From Candidatus Bathyarchaeota archaeon (GTDB taxonomy: Archaea > Thermoproteota > Bathyarchaeia > Bathyarchaeales > Bathycorpusculaceae), in NCBI GenBank assembly GCA_963827165.1, contig CAWGZR010000009.1, forward strand, positions 263,156-327,155: a stretch of 64,000 nt of DNA. Direction: 5' to 3'. A program made the translations under genes and the position numbers. Below the pieces are notes generated by a model. The model saw only the letters and a list, made by a program, of their open reading frames with translations, made no database searches and was not told the DNA's origin. The stretch's first letter is position 1, and the number at the start of each line of letters is the position of its first letter. Shown piece after piece: positions 39,915-50,800 of this stretch.

Positions 39915-41375
39915 ATGGCAGATGTGATTTTAACTGCTGACAGAACTTTGATGAGCAATTATCATAACAATGAATTCTTGGGTTTCGGTACTTGTGCCCC
40001 TCCGAATTTCATACCCGAATGGCTTTATAGCTATCTGTTCTTCCCACCCTTAAAATCAACCAAGGGACACCCGAAAGCTGCTCCATACGGACTAAGAAAA
40101 ACCGAAGCCCAACTTCTCAAAGAAGGCTTCAATGTGGAAACCGTAAGTCCAAATAGCCTCGGCAACCACCTGAAAGACGCGAAGGTTCTTGGAATCCACA
40201 CTATGGATCCGTTTGGGTTAGGTCCAGCTTCCTCAACTCTCGCAGCCCTTTTCAAGAAGGAACCGTACCTGGCAAAGCACTTTCAAGCTTTGATGAAAAG
40301 CCCTGCGATCCAGAAAGCAAAGCAAAACGGCTGCAAAGTAATCGTCGGCGGACCCGGCGCATGGCAATTCCACTACCGTGAAAAAGCCACCAAAGACTTA
40401 GGCATCGACTGCATATTCGAAGGAGAAGGAGAAAACGCAGTTGGAAAAATTTTTAGGGCGGCAATCGAAGGGCAGGAAATTCCGAGGCATTACGAAGCTG
40501 GAGTCGAAGAAACGCCAACGCTCGAAGAAATTCCTGACATTGTTTCGCCTTCGGTTAACGGTTTAGTTGAGATTGGAAGGGGCTGCTGCCGGGGATGCCA
40601 GTTCTGCAACGTCACGCTCAGACCACTACGGTGGTACCCCATTGAAAAGATAAATCGCGAAATGAACGTTAACATGGACGCAGGAAACCACGGGGTCTGC
40701 CTTCACTCGGAAGACGTCATGCTTTACGGCTCCAAAAACACCACGCCTAACCCCGAGAAACTTGTGGAGCTCCATGAATTAGTAACGAAGCGGTGCAACG
40801 ACCTTAGCTGGAGCCACTGTTCGCTGGCAGCTGTTGCGTCAAATCCTAAACTGGTCTCAAAGCTCTCGGAACTTATCTTGCAAAACCAGAAGTGGTGGGG
40901 CGCAGAAATAGGCATAGAAACCGGGTCCCCTGAAATAGCCAAGAAAATCATGCCTGCAAAAGCTCACCCTTTCAGCGCTGACAACTGGCACGACGTTGTA
41001 GTTCAAGGAATGGGAGTTGCACATGATAACATGCTCGTTCCCGCATGCACAATAATCGTAGGGTTGCCTGATGAACAGGAATCAGACATCCTAAAAACAA
41101 TGGATTTGGTCGACGACCTCAAAGACATGCGCAGCCTCATCGTACCCCTATTCTTTGTGCCTCTAGGGCATTTAACAAGCGAGGACTGGTTTACAAGAAC
41201 CAAGCTAAACGAGTTACATAAGAAGCTGCTGATTCAATGTGCAGAACGTGACTTCCGATGGGTCGACTCACTAATTGATTTGTCATTTTCGGGTAAATGG
41301 TACCAGCATATAACGAAAGAATTCTACAAAGGCTTCTCGGCAATTGCGAAACGCAAAGTGCGCCAAATCGAATAA
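39915..41375 (+). CDS. B12-binding-type radical SAM protein
   Basis: APYGLRK, IVGGPGAWQ, EGEGE, RGCCRGCQFC (CX3CX2C) and GIETGS. Confidence 0.88.
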   Translation: MADVILTADRTLMSNYHNNEFLGFGTCAPPNFIPEWLYSYLFFPPLKSTKGHPKAAPYGLRKTEAQLLKEGFNVETVSPNSLGNHLKDAKVLGIHTMDPFGLGPASSTLAALFKKEPYLAKHFQALMKSPAIQKAKQNGCKVIVGGPGAWQFHYREKATKDLGIDCIFEGEGENAVGKIFRAAIEGQEIPRHYEAGVEETPTLEEIPDIVSPSVNGLVEIGRGCCRGCQFCNVTLRPLRWYPIEKINREMNVNMDAGNHGVCLHSEDVMLYGSKNTTPNPEKLVELHELVTKRCNDLSWSHCSLAAVASNPKLVSKLSELILQNQKWWGAEIGIETGSPEIAKKIMPAKAHPFSADNWHDVVVQGMGVAHDNMLVPACTIIVGLPDEQESDILKTMDLVDDLKDMRSLIVPLFFVPLGHLTSEDWFTRTKLNELHKKLLIQCAERDFRWVDSLIDLSFSGKWYQHITKEFYKGFSAIAKRKVRQIE

Positions 41376-41396
41376 AACCCTCCCCCGAAAATAATT

Positions 41397-43238
41397 TTAG
41401 ATAAAGCGTTTTCGCGCATTATTCGTTGCTGTGTGAGGAACGATGCTTTTTAATTCGGCATCTGACGGCTCTTCAGTCTTATAATGAAGCAATGGGTCTT
41501 TCTTAGACATCAACGCTTCAATGTCTTGCTGAATCTTGGGTTGAATAGGCAAAGTCACCATAAACGTTGTACCCTTGTCAATAACACTTTCAAAATCTAT
41601 TTTGCCGCCATGAGAATCAACTATACGTTTGCAAATCGCTAAACTCAACCCCATCCCTTGCGCTTTTGTAGTTAGAAGAGGTGAAAAAATTTTGGGCAGC
41701 AGCTCCTTTGGGATGCCTATTCCAGTGTCACTGAATTTAATTTCCGCGCTCGAGTTCATTTTGCGACTCGTTATTTCGAGTTTTCCACCATTTGGGATGG
41801 CTTCCAGAGCGTTCTTAACAATTAATTTGAAAACACGTTGAACCTTTTCTGCGTCGGCAAAAATCTTTGGCTCCTCGCAAGTGTGGTCAACAATTTCGAT
41901 GTTCTTGGGGACTGGGAGGGCTGAAAGGGCGCCAGTTAAGAGGGATTTGACGCTGCATTGCTCAGTTTCCAAGCAAATATCGCTTGAATACTCGATCAGG
42001 TCGGTTATTATTTTATCTGAGCGGCTTATGTCGTTGTCAATAATTTCCAGCATTTTTTTCTTATTTTCGGCACTGCATGAATCGCCTTTACGCTTCAAAA
42101 AATAGACGGCGTTTTTTATGCTAGCCAAGGGATTGCGTAAGTCATGCCCAATTTGCCTGGCTAGTTCACCTATAGCGGACAACCGCTCGGACTTTTGAAG
42201 TTTGACATTTTGACTTTCTATTTCCTGAAGCAACCCATTGATCGACAAAGTCAACCAGGTTATCTCATCGTTGCCTGAAACAGATAGTTGTTGAAAGTCG
42301 TTTTTCCCATTCTTCAACTTGATCACCGAATCAGTCAGCTTTCCAAGCCGTTTGAGCACGGAATATTCCATAATCAAAACCACCGTGACACTGAACACCG
42401 CACCGGCAACCACAAGGGCTTCAGTAATGAAGCCTACCGTGCTTAGCCCCTGGTCGTAAACAGTTCGTGGCATCTTTGCACCAATAACGAATATCGGTTG
42501 CCCGTGAATGTCATCTATCACGTCGTAACCCATGATAAACTGTTGATTAAGCGGTTTAATGTAGGGCGGAACGGTTCCTGCCTTATTCGAATTCGCTTTT
42601 TCCCAGCTTCCAAAAAGCTCCATAGACATCGGGAACTTCATAACAGAAGATAACGCCAAAATTTCAGCAGAATCATAATACCGCGCAAAAATCAAAACTC
42701 CTCTCGCCGGACCAGCGCCGTCAGAATTAAGTATTGGTCTTGAAGCAAAAAACAATGGTTGACCCGAAGACAAAACAAACCCGCTTGATTGGCTATCCAC
42801 GTTGGTTAAATTCCAAATCAAATTATCGGAACAAAACACGTTGATTACATCTTGAGGAACTGGCATCGGTTTCAGAGTGTTTAAGTTCAATCCTATGCCG
42901 TTGTTAAAACTTCCATTTTGATCTAGGAAAATGACAAAGTTTACAGTTTCACTAGCAAGTGACTCAGCGGTTAGATAAGTATCGTTGTATAGGACATTTT
43001 GGTTTTTGACGAAGTCGTATGTGCTGTTTAACTGGGACCAGCCCGCCAACTTGTTGTCGAGGTCAAGGTAGCAGTTTGCCACGGCAACTTGCATTCGGGC
43101 AATTGTTTGGTTGACCTCGGATTGCTCGATCTGCAAGAAATTTGTTTGGATTACAGCGTTTGAAACGAAGTCGAGAATCAGGATTAGGCAAATAGTGGTG
43201 ACTAACAGTGCAATTATTGTTTTTGTCTTTATTTTCAT
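41397..43238 (-). CDS. CHASE4-HAMP sensor histidine kinase
   Basis: Two TM helices around a CHASE4-like domain, HAMP (GNDEI..L), H-box GHDLRNPL and N/G1/F/G2 boxes. Confidence 0.9.
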   Translation of the reverse strand: MKIKTKTIIALLVTTICLILILDFVSNAVIQTNFLQIEQSEVNQTIARMQVAVANCYLDLDNKLAGWSQLNSTYDFVKNQNVLYNDTYLTAESLASETVNFVIFLDQNGSFNNGIGLNLNTLKPMPVPQDVINVFCSDNLIWNLTNVDSQSSGFVLSSGQPLFFASRPILNSDGAGPARGVLIFARYYDSAEILALSSVMKFPMSMELFGSWEKANSNKAGTVPPYIKPLNQQFIMGYDVIDDIHGQPIFVIGAKMPRTVYDQGLSTVGFITEALVVAGAVFSVTVVLIMEYSVLKRLGKLTDSVIKLKNGKNDFQQLSVSGNDEITWLTLSINGLLQEIESQNVKLQKSERLSAIGELARQIGHDLRNPLASIKNAVYFLKRKGDSCSAENKKKMLEIIDNDISRSDKIITDLIEYSSDICLETEQCSVKSLLTGALSALPVPKNIEIVDHTCEEPKIFADAEKVQRVFKLIVKNALEAIPNGGKLEITSRKMNSSAEIKFSDTGIGIPKELLPKIFSPLLTTKAQGMGLSLAICKRIVDSHGGKIDFESVIDKGTTFMVTLPIQPKIQQDIEALMSKKDPLLHYKTEEPSDAELKSIVPHTATNNARKRFI

Positions 43239-43418
43239 TGGTGAACCGCCGAGGTATGGTGTAGTTTTTGATCGGCGTAGTAGCTTAATGTTAATTGATA
43301 TTAACCGGTTGCGTTTTAGTGAACAAAATTTTGGTTCTGTATTTGTGCACCCTATAGTTTATGAGGAAAAAGGTTATATGCAGTATTCAGTATTAAGTGA
43401 GACGACAGCTGAATCAAA

Positions 43419-44537
43419 ATGAAAACAAAATACATAATCACCATCACAATTGTCGCAATAATTGTAGTAATAGCTAGTGTAATCGCAGGTGGATACCTCA
43501 GCACAGGCATACTGCAGCAAAACACGAACCCCGTAACGCTCAACGCAGCAGGAGCCACATTCCCCCAGCCACTGCTTACCGCAATGATCACAAAATATAC
43601 CTCAACAGTTAACTCAAAAGTAGAAATCAACTACGACGGTGTAGGCAGCGGACAAGGAATAGCTGATTTGGAAAGCAAAACAGTAGATTTTGCTGCGTCA
43701 GATGCCCCATTAAGCTCCTCAGACGCTGAAAAAGCCCCAGATACACTCCACATACCGGAAACCATAGGAGCAGTCACAATTGCCTACAACCTGCCAGGAG
43801 TCCCGACAGGTTTACATCTCACAGGCAAAGTCATCTCCGACATCTTCCAAGGCAAAATAAACACGTGGAACGACCCAGCAATCCAAAGCATAAACACAAA
43901 CATCACCCTCCCAGCCAAACCAATACAAGTCGTACACCGCTCCGACAGTTCCGGAACAACCTTCATCTTCACTGGATACTTAAGCGCATCAAGCAACGAT
44001 TGGAAAAACGCGGTCGGACAAGGCAAAACTGTAGCTTGGCCTCTTGGAATTGGAGCACAAGGCAACCCCGGCGTTGCATCAGTCGTCCAAGGAACACAGT
44101 TCATGATTGGATACGTCGAACTTGCCTATGCACTGCAAAACAGCATGACAGTCGCGGCGGTTCAAAATCCAACCGGCAACTGGATTACCCCAAGTCTCAG
44201 CTCGATTCAAGATGCCGTGCAATCAGTAGCATCAAGCGGTTTGCCAGCAGGCGACCAAAGCTGGGCGAACGTCAACCTCCTCAATGCTAACGAACCACAA
44301 GCCTACCCGATAGTGAGTTTTACCTATTTGCTAGTTTACAAAGAGCTAAATGTTGTACCAGGAGAAACTCAGGCCAAAGCAACAGCAGCTGTCCAGTTTC
44401 TATGGTGGGTGGTACATGATGGCCAAGGAATTGCACCAAACTTAGAGTATGTAACGCTCCCACAAAACGTGGTGCAAATAGATGAAAAAACAATCCAATC
44501 CATAACATTCAACGGACAACATCTGCCTACAAGCTAA
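43419..44537 (+). CDS. pstS: Phosphate ABC transporter substrate-binding protein
   Basis: GATFPQP, GSGQG, DFAASDAP, HRSDSSGTT, IGYVE and YPIVSFTY. Confidence 0.95.
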   Translation: MKTKYIITITIVAIIVVIASVIAGGYLSTGILQQNTNPVTLNAAGATFPQPLLTAMITKYTSTVNSKVEINYDGVGSGQGIADLESKTVDFAASDAPLSSSDAEKAPDTLHIPETIGAVTIAYNLPGVPTGLHLTGKVISDIFQGKINTWNDPAIQSINTNITLPAKPIQVVHRSDSSGTTFIFTGYLSASSNDWKNAVGQGKTVAWPLGIGAQGNPGVASVVQGTQFMIGYVELAYALQNSMTVAAVQNPTGNWITPSLSSIQDAVQSVASSGLPAGDQSWANVNLLNANEPQAYPIVSFTYLLVYKELNVVPGETQAKATAAVQFLWWVVHDGQGIAPNLEYVTLPQNVVQIDEKTIQSITFNGQHLPTS

Positions 44538-44607
44538 ACAAAAACCAAACCACTTTATCAAATTCTCTTAAGATTTTTCCAACAGCCTTTTTCGGAGATA
44601 CGGCTAG

Positions 44608-44617
44608 GCTTAAATAG
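44608..44617 (+). promoter_or_regulatory. TATA box of the tRNA-Asn gene
   Basis: GCTTAAATAG about 40 bp upstream of the mature tRNA 5' end. Confidence 0.55.
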
Positions 44618-44657
44618 TATATTGGAACTGAAAAGTTGCAGAAGGGCTTTATGATGT

Positions 44658-44734
44658 GCCGTCGTGGCTCAGCCCGGTAGAGCGGCTGGCTGTTAACCAG
44701 TCGGTCAAAGGTCCGAATCCTTTCGACGGCGCCA
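44658..44734 (+). tRNA. tRNA-Asn (GTT), CCA encoded, no intron
   Basis: Acceptor GCCGTCG/CGACGGC, D-arm GCTC..GAGC, anticodon arm CTGG-CTGTTAA-CCAG, T-arm AAAGG-TCCGAAT-CCTTT, ends GCCA. Confidence 0.95.
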
Positions 44735-44813
44735 CTTCCCAGTTACAAGATATACCAGTTTTTTTCTTTTATCTACTTCTAACAATCCTCAAAACGCCCA
44801 AGTTTTCCGTTGT

Positions 44814-44936
44814 ATGGACTGCTTTTTTTGGTGTGGTCGATGCGCGGAACCAAACTCGAACCGTAAAAGTTCAATTAATGTGATAGCTTCAAGCAGCGCT
44901 TGCTCTAAGTTCCAGCCAAGAGGAGGCAGCCTTTAA
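44814..44936 (+). CDS. Small Cys-rich viral ORF, possibly 5'-truncated
   Basis: (FRC)MDCFFWCGRCAEPNSNRKSSINVIASSSACSKFQPRGGSL*; TAATG overlap with the next ORF. Confidence 0.5.
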   Translation: MDCFFWCGRCAEPNSNRKSSINVIASSSACSKFQPRGGSL

Positions 44937-45199
44937 TGGGCTACGTCGCTGACTCGTTTAAGCCTCCGTGTCTTCTGGGACACTATCCTTGCATGAGTAG
45001 TCCTTCATCAGAAGACTGCGCTTTAATTGATACTTGCTCTAAGGATTTGTTTTTCTGCAAATTCGCGAAGCTTGCATATCCTGATGGAACTGACATTTCT
45101 TGCAAGGTCTACAGTTTTAATAATCGAAATTGCACGCATGGCAGCGGATCCTGCTCTAGGCGAGCAGTTCTCGAGCATCGATGTTTTGGAGGACTCTAA
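44936..45199 (+). CDS. Small Cys-rich viral protein
   Basis: 87 aa with 9 Cys; GAGGAGG upstream; coupled to neighbours. Confidence 0.55.
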   Translation: MGYVADSFKPPCLLGHYPCMSSPSSEDCALIDTCSKDLFFCKFAKLAYPDGTDISCKVYSFNNRNCTHGSGSCSRRAVLEHRCFGGL

Positions 45200-45201
45200 T
45201 T

Positions 45202-46168
45202 TTGTCTGAAGCATCTGATAACACCGCCAACACTTCTAGCAACACCTGTTTAAACAGTTTAGCGGATAAATGCCGAGGTATTGAGGCGAGAGCTTATCAC
45301 ATTATTGATGCTTCTGAAGTTGAGTTAAAACCCTGTGAAATTGTCCGAATCATTCATAGCGGCAAGAAGCCCAAGGACATAACGCCTGGGCAATATACCA
45401 CTGTCCGTGTAGTTTGCGCAAAGTTGCTTCAAAAAGGTCTAGTGGTTCAGGCCTTATCCGGGAGCATACTGTAACAAAATCACCTACGGGGTGCGGTTTG
45501 TTCCGCTTTGCGTGCACAACATAAGCTTGCGGTCTTTTGTCTGTCAAGATGTCAAGAGCTGGGAGAAGGATGAGTTTGTGGGAGGCGTCAAGATTCATGT
45601 TTGTTTTGGTTCTGAGAGGCGCAAGATTAGCGGTTATATCGCTTGCGATGTAGGAGGGATGAGTCATGATGCCTGTATGTTGGCTATACATCGTTGGTTT
45701 GACATTGCTGAAGGACATTTGGGTTTTGGCTTAGTTGATTTGGAGTTGTTGACTTTTGAGTTCAACAAGGACTATCATGGTGTCAGGATTGATGGGGTTC
45801 AGTGCATCACTAAAACTGATTTACTGGGGATTATTGACAGGACATACCAAAAGGAAGAGGATGTTATTCGTCGAGAGCGGAAATTCACTAAGTCTATGAG
45901 TGTTAATAAGTTTGAACAAGAGATCCGCAAGGGCACTTTTGAAATTGAGAAGTCTCAGGAACGCTATGAGCTGCAGCAAGAAGTCAAACGCAATTCTGAA
46001 GCGTTAAAGTTTACCAATAGTCGGCTGCTGCAGATGGAAAAGATGCAGGAAGCAACTTTTACGGTTCTTGTGAAAATTAATGAGGCTTTAACTAAGCTTG
46101 GCGATGTTGAGGGCGATCCTGGGCGGTTGGTTGATGGCCAGAAAAAGCAAGGGGAGTATGCCAGATGA
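45202..46168 (+). CDS. Viral wHTH-containing protein, possibly a replication initiator, split by a frameshift near 45450
   Basis: ORFs 45181-45474 and 45491-46168 join into one frame (…LVVQPYPGAYCNKITYGVRFVPL…) if one G of caggcct is removed. GGAGG precedes TTG 45202. Confidence 0.6.
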
Positions 46169-46320
46169 CGCTTCAGATTTTGGTTGATTGCCCTTGCCGT
46201 CATTGTCCGTGGAAGCTTCGGAGTAAATGTGACCGTTACGCGAGAGTTTGCATGGAGTTGCGTAGTTGCAGTAACTGCGACCAACATATTGAGCTATGCG
46301 TCAAGGAGGCTTTTGGTTGA
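46165..46320 (+). CDS. Small Cys-rich (Zn-finger-like) viral protein
   Basis: MTLQILVDCPCRHCPWKLRSKCDRYARVCMELRSCSNCDQHIELCVKEAFG*; ATGA overlap upstream and TTGA overlap downstream. Confidence 0.6.
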   Translation: MTLQILVDCPCRHCPWKLRSKCDRYARVCMELRSCSNCDQHIELCVKEAFG

Positions 46321-46664
46321 GTTATAAAGAGCGGATGCACCCAAAAGTTAGTGCTGCCGAAATGGAGGTTTTCAAGGCGTTAAGTGCCGAGGGCTTAACT
46401 GGCGGGTTGCTTACTCAGGAGCGAATCATTCTCAAGTCTACTGTTCCTGATTTTTGCTGGCCGCTTAAGTGCAAAGTTGTTTTTTTGGATGGCAGGCAAG
46501 TTCACTCAACAGATAGAGCGGAGAGTCGAGATAAAGAAATCGATAATTTGCTGGAGCTGCAAGGTTGGGATGTTTTGCGGATTGTTTATGATCCGCCGTT
46601 GACTGCAAAGGCTTTGGAAGTTGTGATGGCTCAGGTTAAAGATTTTCTCGGGGAGGCTTCTTAG
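46317..46664 (+). CDS. Vsr/DUF559-like PD-(D/E)XK endonuclease
   Basis: S.AE, PDF, VVFLDG..VH and RD...D..L...GWDVLRI. Confidence 0.8.
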   Translation: MSYKERMHPKVSAAEMEVFKALSAEGLTGGLLTQERIILKSTVPDFCWPLKCKVVFLDGRQVHSTDRAESRDKEIDNLLELQGWDVLRIVYDPPLTAKALEVVMAQVKDFLGEAS

Positions 46665-46724
46665 AATGTCTCTTCATACTGCTTTAATGGCAGTTAAAAC
46701 CTGTTCAAAAGCTATTTCAGCACT

Positions 46725-47645
46725 ATGCCTCAGGCATGGGAAAAGTCCATGCTTTTCAGAAGCCACAGGTATCGTCAGTCGCTGAAAAAGTGGCTGCATG
46801 TTTCTTCCTACAGCCCAAAGAAGGGTTATTTCATTGCAATATTTGATGATGTTACTGAACGCAAGAAAGGTGAAGAAGCATTACTGGAGAGTGAGTTAAA
46901 ATACAAGAATCTTGCCACACATCTCGAAGAGGTCGTTGAGGAACGCACTAGACAACTAAAAGATTCTGAACGTTTAGCCGCCATCGGTGCAACGGCAGGC
47001 ATGGTTGGGCATGACATTCGCAATCCATTGCAGGCTATTACGGGCGATTTGTATTTAGTTAAGACTGAATTGGAAGAGCTTCCCGATCACCAACAAAAGA
47101 AAAATGCTATGGAAAGTTTGGATGAAATTCAAAATAACATTGATTACATAAACAAGATAGTTGCTGATCTGCAAGATTATGCCAGACCGCTTAATCCACG
47201 TGCCCAAGAAGCCAATATAAAATCAATATTTAATGAAACCGTGAAAAAGAACGGCATACCCAAAAACATCGAAGTGACTACTGAAGTGGAAGACAAAGCC
47301 GAAAGAATAATGGCGGACCCAGATTATCTCAAGCGTATTGTCTCTAATTTAACCCTAAATGCAGTGCAAGCCATGCCTAACGGCGGAAAATTAACTATTC
47401 GAGCATTTGCCGACAAGAAAACTAATGATGTTTTGATAACGGTAAAAGACACGGGGGTTGGAATCCCTGAGGACGTAAAGCCAAAGCTGTTTACGCCTAT
47501 GATGACTACCAAATCTAAAGGTCAAGGGTTCGGTTTAGCAGTGGTTAAACGCATGGCTGAAGGTTTAGGAGGAACAGTCACTTTTGAAAGTACCGAAGGA
47601 AAAGGTACTACTTTCATAGTACGGTTGCCCCCCCCCAAGAGCTAA
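46725..47645 (+). CDS. PAS-histidine kinase, N-terminally truncated
   Basis: Only the C-terminal half of a PAS domain (KWLHVSSYSPKKGYFIAIFDDVTERKK), then GHDIRNPL and HATPase boxes. Confidence 0.85.
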   Translation: MPQAWEKSMLFRSHRYRQSLKKWLHVSSYSPKKGYFIAIFDDVTERKKGEEALLESELKYKNLATHLEEVVEERTRQLKDSERLAAIGATAGMVGHDIRNPLQAITGDLYLVKTELEELPDHQQKKNAMESLDEIQNNIDYINKIVADLQDYARPLNPRAQEANIKSIFNETVKKNGIPKNIEVTTEVEDKAERIMADPDYLKRIVSNLTLNAVQAMPNGGKLTIRAFADKKTNDVLITVKDTGVGIPEDVKPKLFTPMMTTKSKGQGFGLAVVKRMAEGLGGTVTFESTEGKGTTFIVRLPPPKS

Positions 47646-47850
47646 ACGGTAAATGGACCTACAAGTTGTGATAATTTTATGGATTTTGGAAAAAGAATTC
47701 GGGAAACGAGGCGTGGAACAATTCAGAAAAAGGTTGATTCTATGACTTATCACTGCAACAATATTTTATTTTGAGACTACTGATTTGGGAATACTTATAT
47801 TTCTTGACTGTGAGAAATAAAATAAAATCTTTTGGGAACGCGGTGCTTGT

Positions 47851-50800
47851 TTGCCTACAAACAAAGAAACCAGTAATAAGCAAACGATTGCCAAACGCAA
47901 ACAAGTTAAAGAAAAAAGCGAGCTAAGCTCTCAGACTTTAATTGGTATTTTGGGCAGCATTCAAGAAGCTCTTTATGTGCTTGATCATGACTGGAACATC
48001 GTTTATATTAATAATATTGCGGCGGGCAAAGCCGGCTTGCCTAAAAATTTATTGGGTAAGAATTTTTGGGAAGTTTATCCAAAACTTCTTGGAACAATAA
48101 TTGAAGAAAATTATCGTTCTGCTATGAAAAACAGAGAAATTAAACGCTTTGAGAGTCGCGGGCATTATAGCGACCCATTGTATGAAATTTCTGTCTTTCC
48201 CTCAGCCGAAGGAATTACTGTCTTAGGTACAAATATTACTAAGCGAAAGGAAATAGAAGACGCACTAAGAGCTACTGAGCAACAGTTAAAGATTATAACA
48301 GAAAACTCTCAAGACGGAATCAACCTACTTGAATTAAAAACCGGGAAATATATTTTTATGAATCCTGCGCAGGTAGCACTAACTGGTTTTACAGCCGATG
48401 AAATAAACAACATCTCAGCTGAGGAAGCATATCAACGTACGCATCCAGAGGACAGACAACTTACGATTGCTCAGCAAAAGAAGGTCGCTGCAGGCGATGA
48501 TACTTCTGAACCGGTAGAGTATCGCTGGAAGGTTAAATCAGGAGAATATCGATGGTTCAGCGACAGCCGAAAGCTTGTCCGTGATGAAAAAGGCAAGGCA
48601 GTAGCAATGGTCGGTATAAGCCGCGACATTACTGAGCGCAAGAAAGCCGAAGAAGCTCTAAAACAAAGTGAAGAGCAAGCCCGCCAACGCGCTGAAGAAC
48701 TGCAGAAGCTTATGGATATGATTCCAGCTGCCATCTGGGTATCGAATGATCCAGAATGCAAGGTTATAGTTGGAAATCAAACTGCAAACCGTTTCTATGA
48801 AGCGGCTGGAGGAGAAAACGTTTCAGCAGGACCGGCGAGCGGAGGACAGAAAGATACAACAAGGCGATTTTTCAAAGATGGAAAAGAACTCCCGCCTGAA
48901 GAGCTCCCAATGCAAGAGGCAGCTTCTAAGAAGAAAGAAATCAAGAACTCTGAGCTGGAGGTTTTGGCGCCTAGCGGAAGAAAAATGACAATATTAGGCA
49001 GCGCTAAGCCGCTTCTAACTAATGAAGGAAAGGTACGGGGTTGTCTTGCAGCGTTTATCGATATCACTGAACGCAAGAATACCGAAGATACGCTGAAGAC
49101 AACATTAAACCGCTTTTACAGAAGCCTTGCGAATATGCATGGGGCTATTTTGCTTGTTTCTGATGAGAGTCGAGTTGAGTTTGCCAACCAATCATTTTGC
49201 GACTATTTCAGTTTAAAGGAATCACCTTCAGACTTAATAGGACTCACCGCCGGTGTAATCATTGAAAAAATCAAGAAAGGTTACGTGTATCCTGACCAAG
49301 AAGACACTCGAATCAAGGAAATAGTTACTGCAGGGAAAACCGTGACCGGCGAAGAAGTTGCAATGAAGGGCAACCGCACTTGTCTGCGAGATTTTATTCC
49401 TCTACCAACGGCTGGAAAAGCGTTCAGTCGATTATGGCATCATATGGATATAACGGATCGCAAGAGAGCCGAAGACACAATAAAGGAAAGTGAGCAGCGC
49501 TGGGCAACTACTCTATCAAGCATCGGTGACGCAGTTATCGCTACTGATACAAAAGGGAAAATAGTATTCATGAATAATCAGGCTGAGTCGTTAACCGGTT
49601 GGAAACTAGAGGAGGCCTCGCAGAAACCAACTAAAACAGTTTTTAACATTATCAATGAGCGTACTCGTTTAGAGGTTGAAAGCCCAATTGAACGAGCGCT
49701 AAGAGAGGGCATAGTTGTTGGCTTAGCAAATCATACTGTCTTGATTCGAAAAGATGGCAAGGAGATCCCGGTTGACGATAGCGGAGCACCCATAAAAGAT
49801 GGAAACGGCAAAACTACTGGCGTTGTACTTGTGTTCCGAGATATCACACAGCGAAGGCAAGCTGACCAAGACCGCGAAAGGCTCTCAGCTATTGTTGAAT
49901 CCACTGACGATGCTATCATCGGAAAGACTCTTGATGGAACTATTACCTCTTGGAACAAAGCTGCAGCGAAACTGTATGGATATACAGCAAGTGAAGTGAT
50001 TGGTAGGCCTATTTCTGTTGTTATTCCAACGGATCACATGAATGAGTTTAAGCAGATTCTCGATAGGCTTCACAACGGTGAGCGGATTGAACACCGCGAC
50101 ACAATACGGCTTCACAAAGATGGTACTCGCTTAGATGTTGATGTTACGGTTGCCCCGATCAAGAACAGATACGGAGAGATTGTTGGTGCATCAACAATCG
50201 CTCGTGACATTACTGAACGCAAGAAGGTAGAGGAAGCACTTAAAGAAAATGAGCAGCTCTACCACACTGTGTTTGATAATAGTCAAGATGGATTCCAATT
50301 GATTGAGTTAATATATGACAAAAACGGAAAGCCAATTGACCACAAGTTCTTGAAAGTTAACCACGCCTATGAATCAATAATTGGAGTAAAAGCAGACGAC
50401 ATTCTGGATAAGACTGCAAAATATATTTCTCCAAACCAAGAGTTCCATTGGCTTGAGGTTCCTGATAGAGTTGCCAAAACTGGAATATCAGAGCATGTTG
50501 AGCTATATAACAAGGACATTGGCAAGTGGCTAGACTGTTTCTACTTCCGCTATTCCAAAAATGTTGTTGGGACACTTTTCAGGGATATCACAGGGCGCAA
50601 AAAATTGGAGAAACAACTTCAAGATTCAGAACGTTTAGCCGCTATCGGTGCCACGGCAGGTATGGTTGGACATGATATTCGAAATCCACTGCAGGCTATA
50701 ACAAGCGACGTATTCTTGGCTAAGTCGGAATTAGCTTGCTTTCCAGAGAGTGAAGAGAAAAAGAATGCTTTGGAGAGCATGTGTGAAATTGAGAAAAATA

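Noticed and set aside
39322-39915. Long AT-rich intergenic region as a replication origin
   Set aside because: No repeated ORB-like boxes and no adjacent orc1/cdc6 gene.
43419-44537. Lone pstS as viral auxiliary gene
   Set aside because: It lies on the host side of the tRNA, upstream of its promoter; nothing ties it to the provirus.
44656-44883. 75-aa ORF starting at 44656
   Set aside because: It overlaps the tRNA-Asn gene and is spurious.
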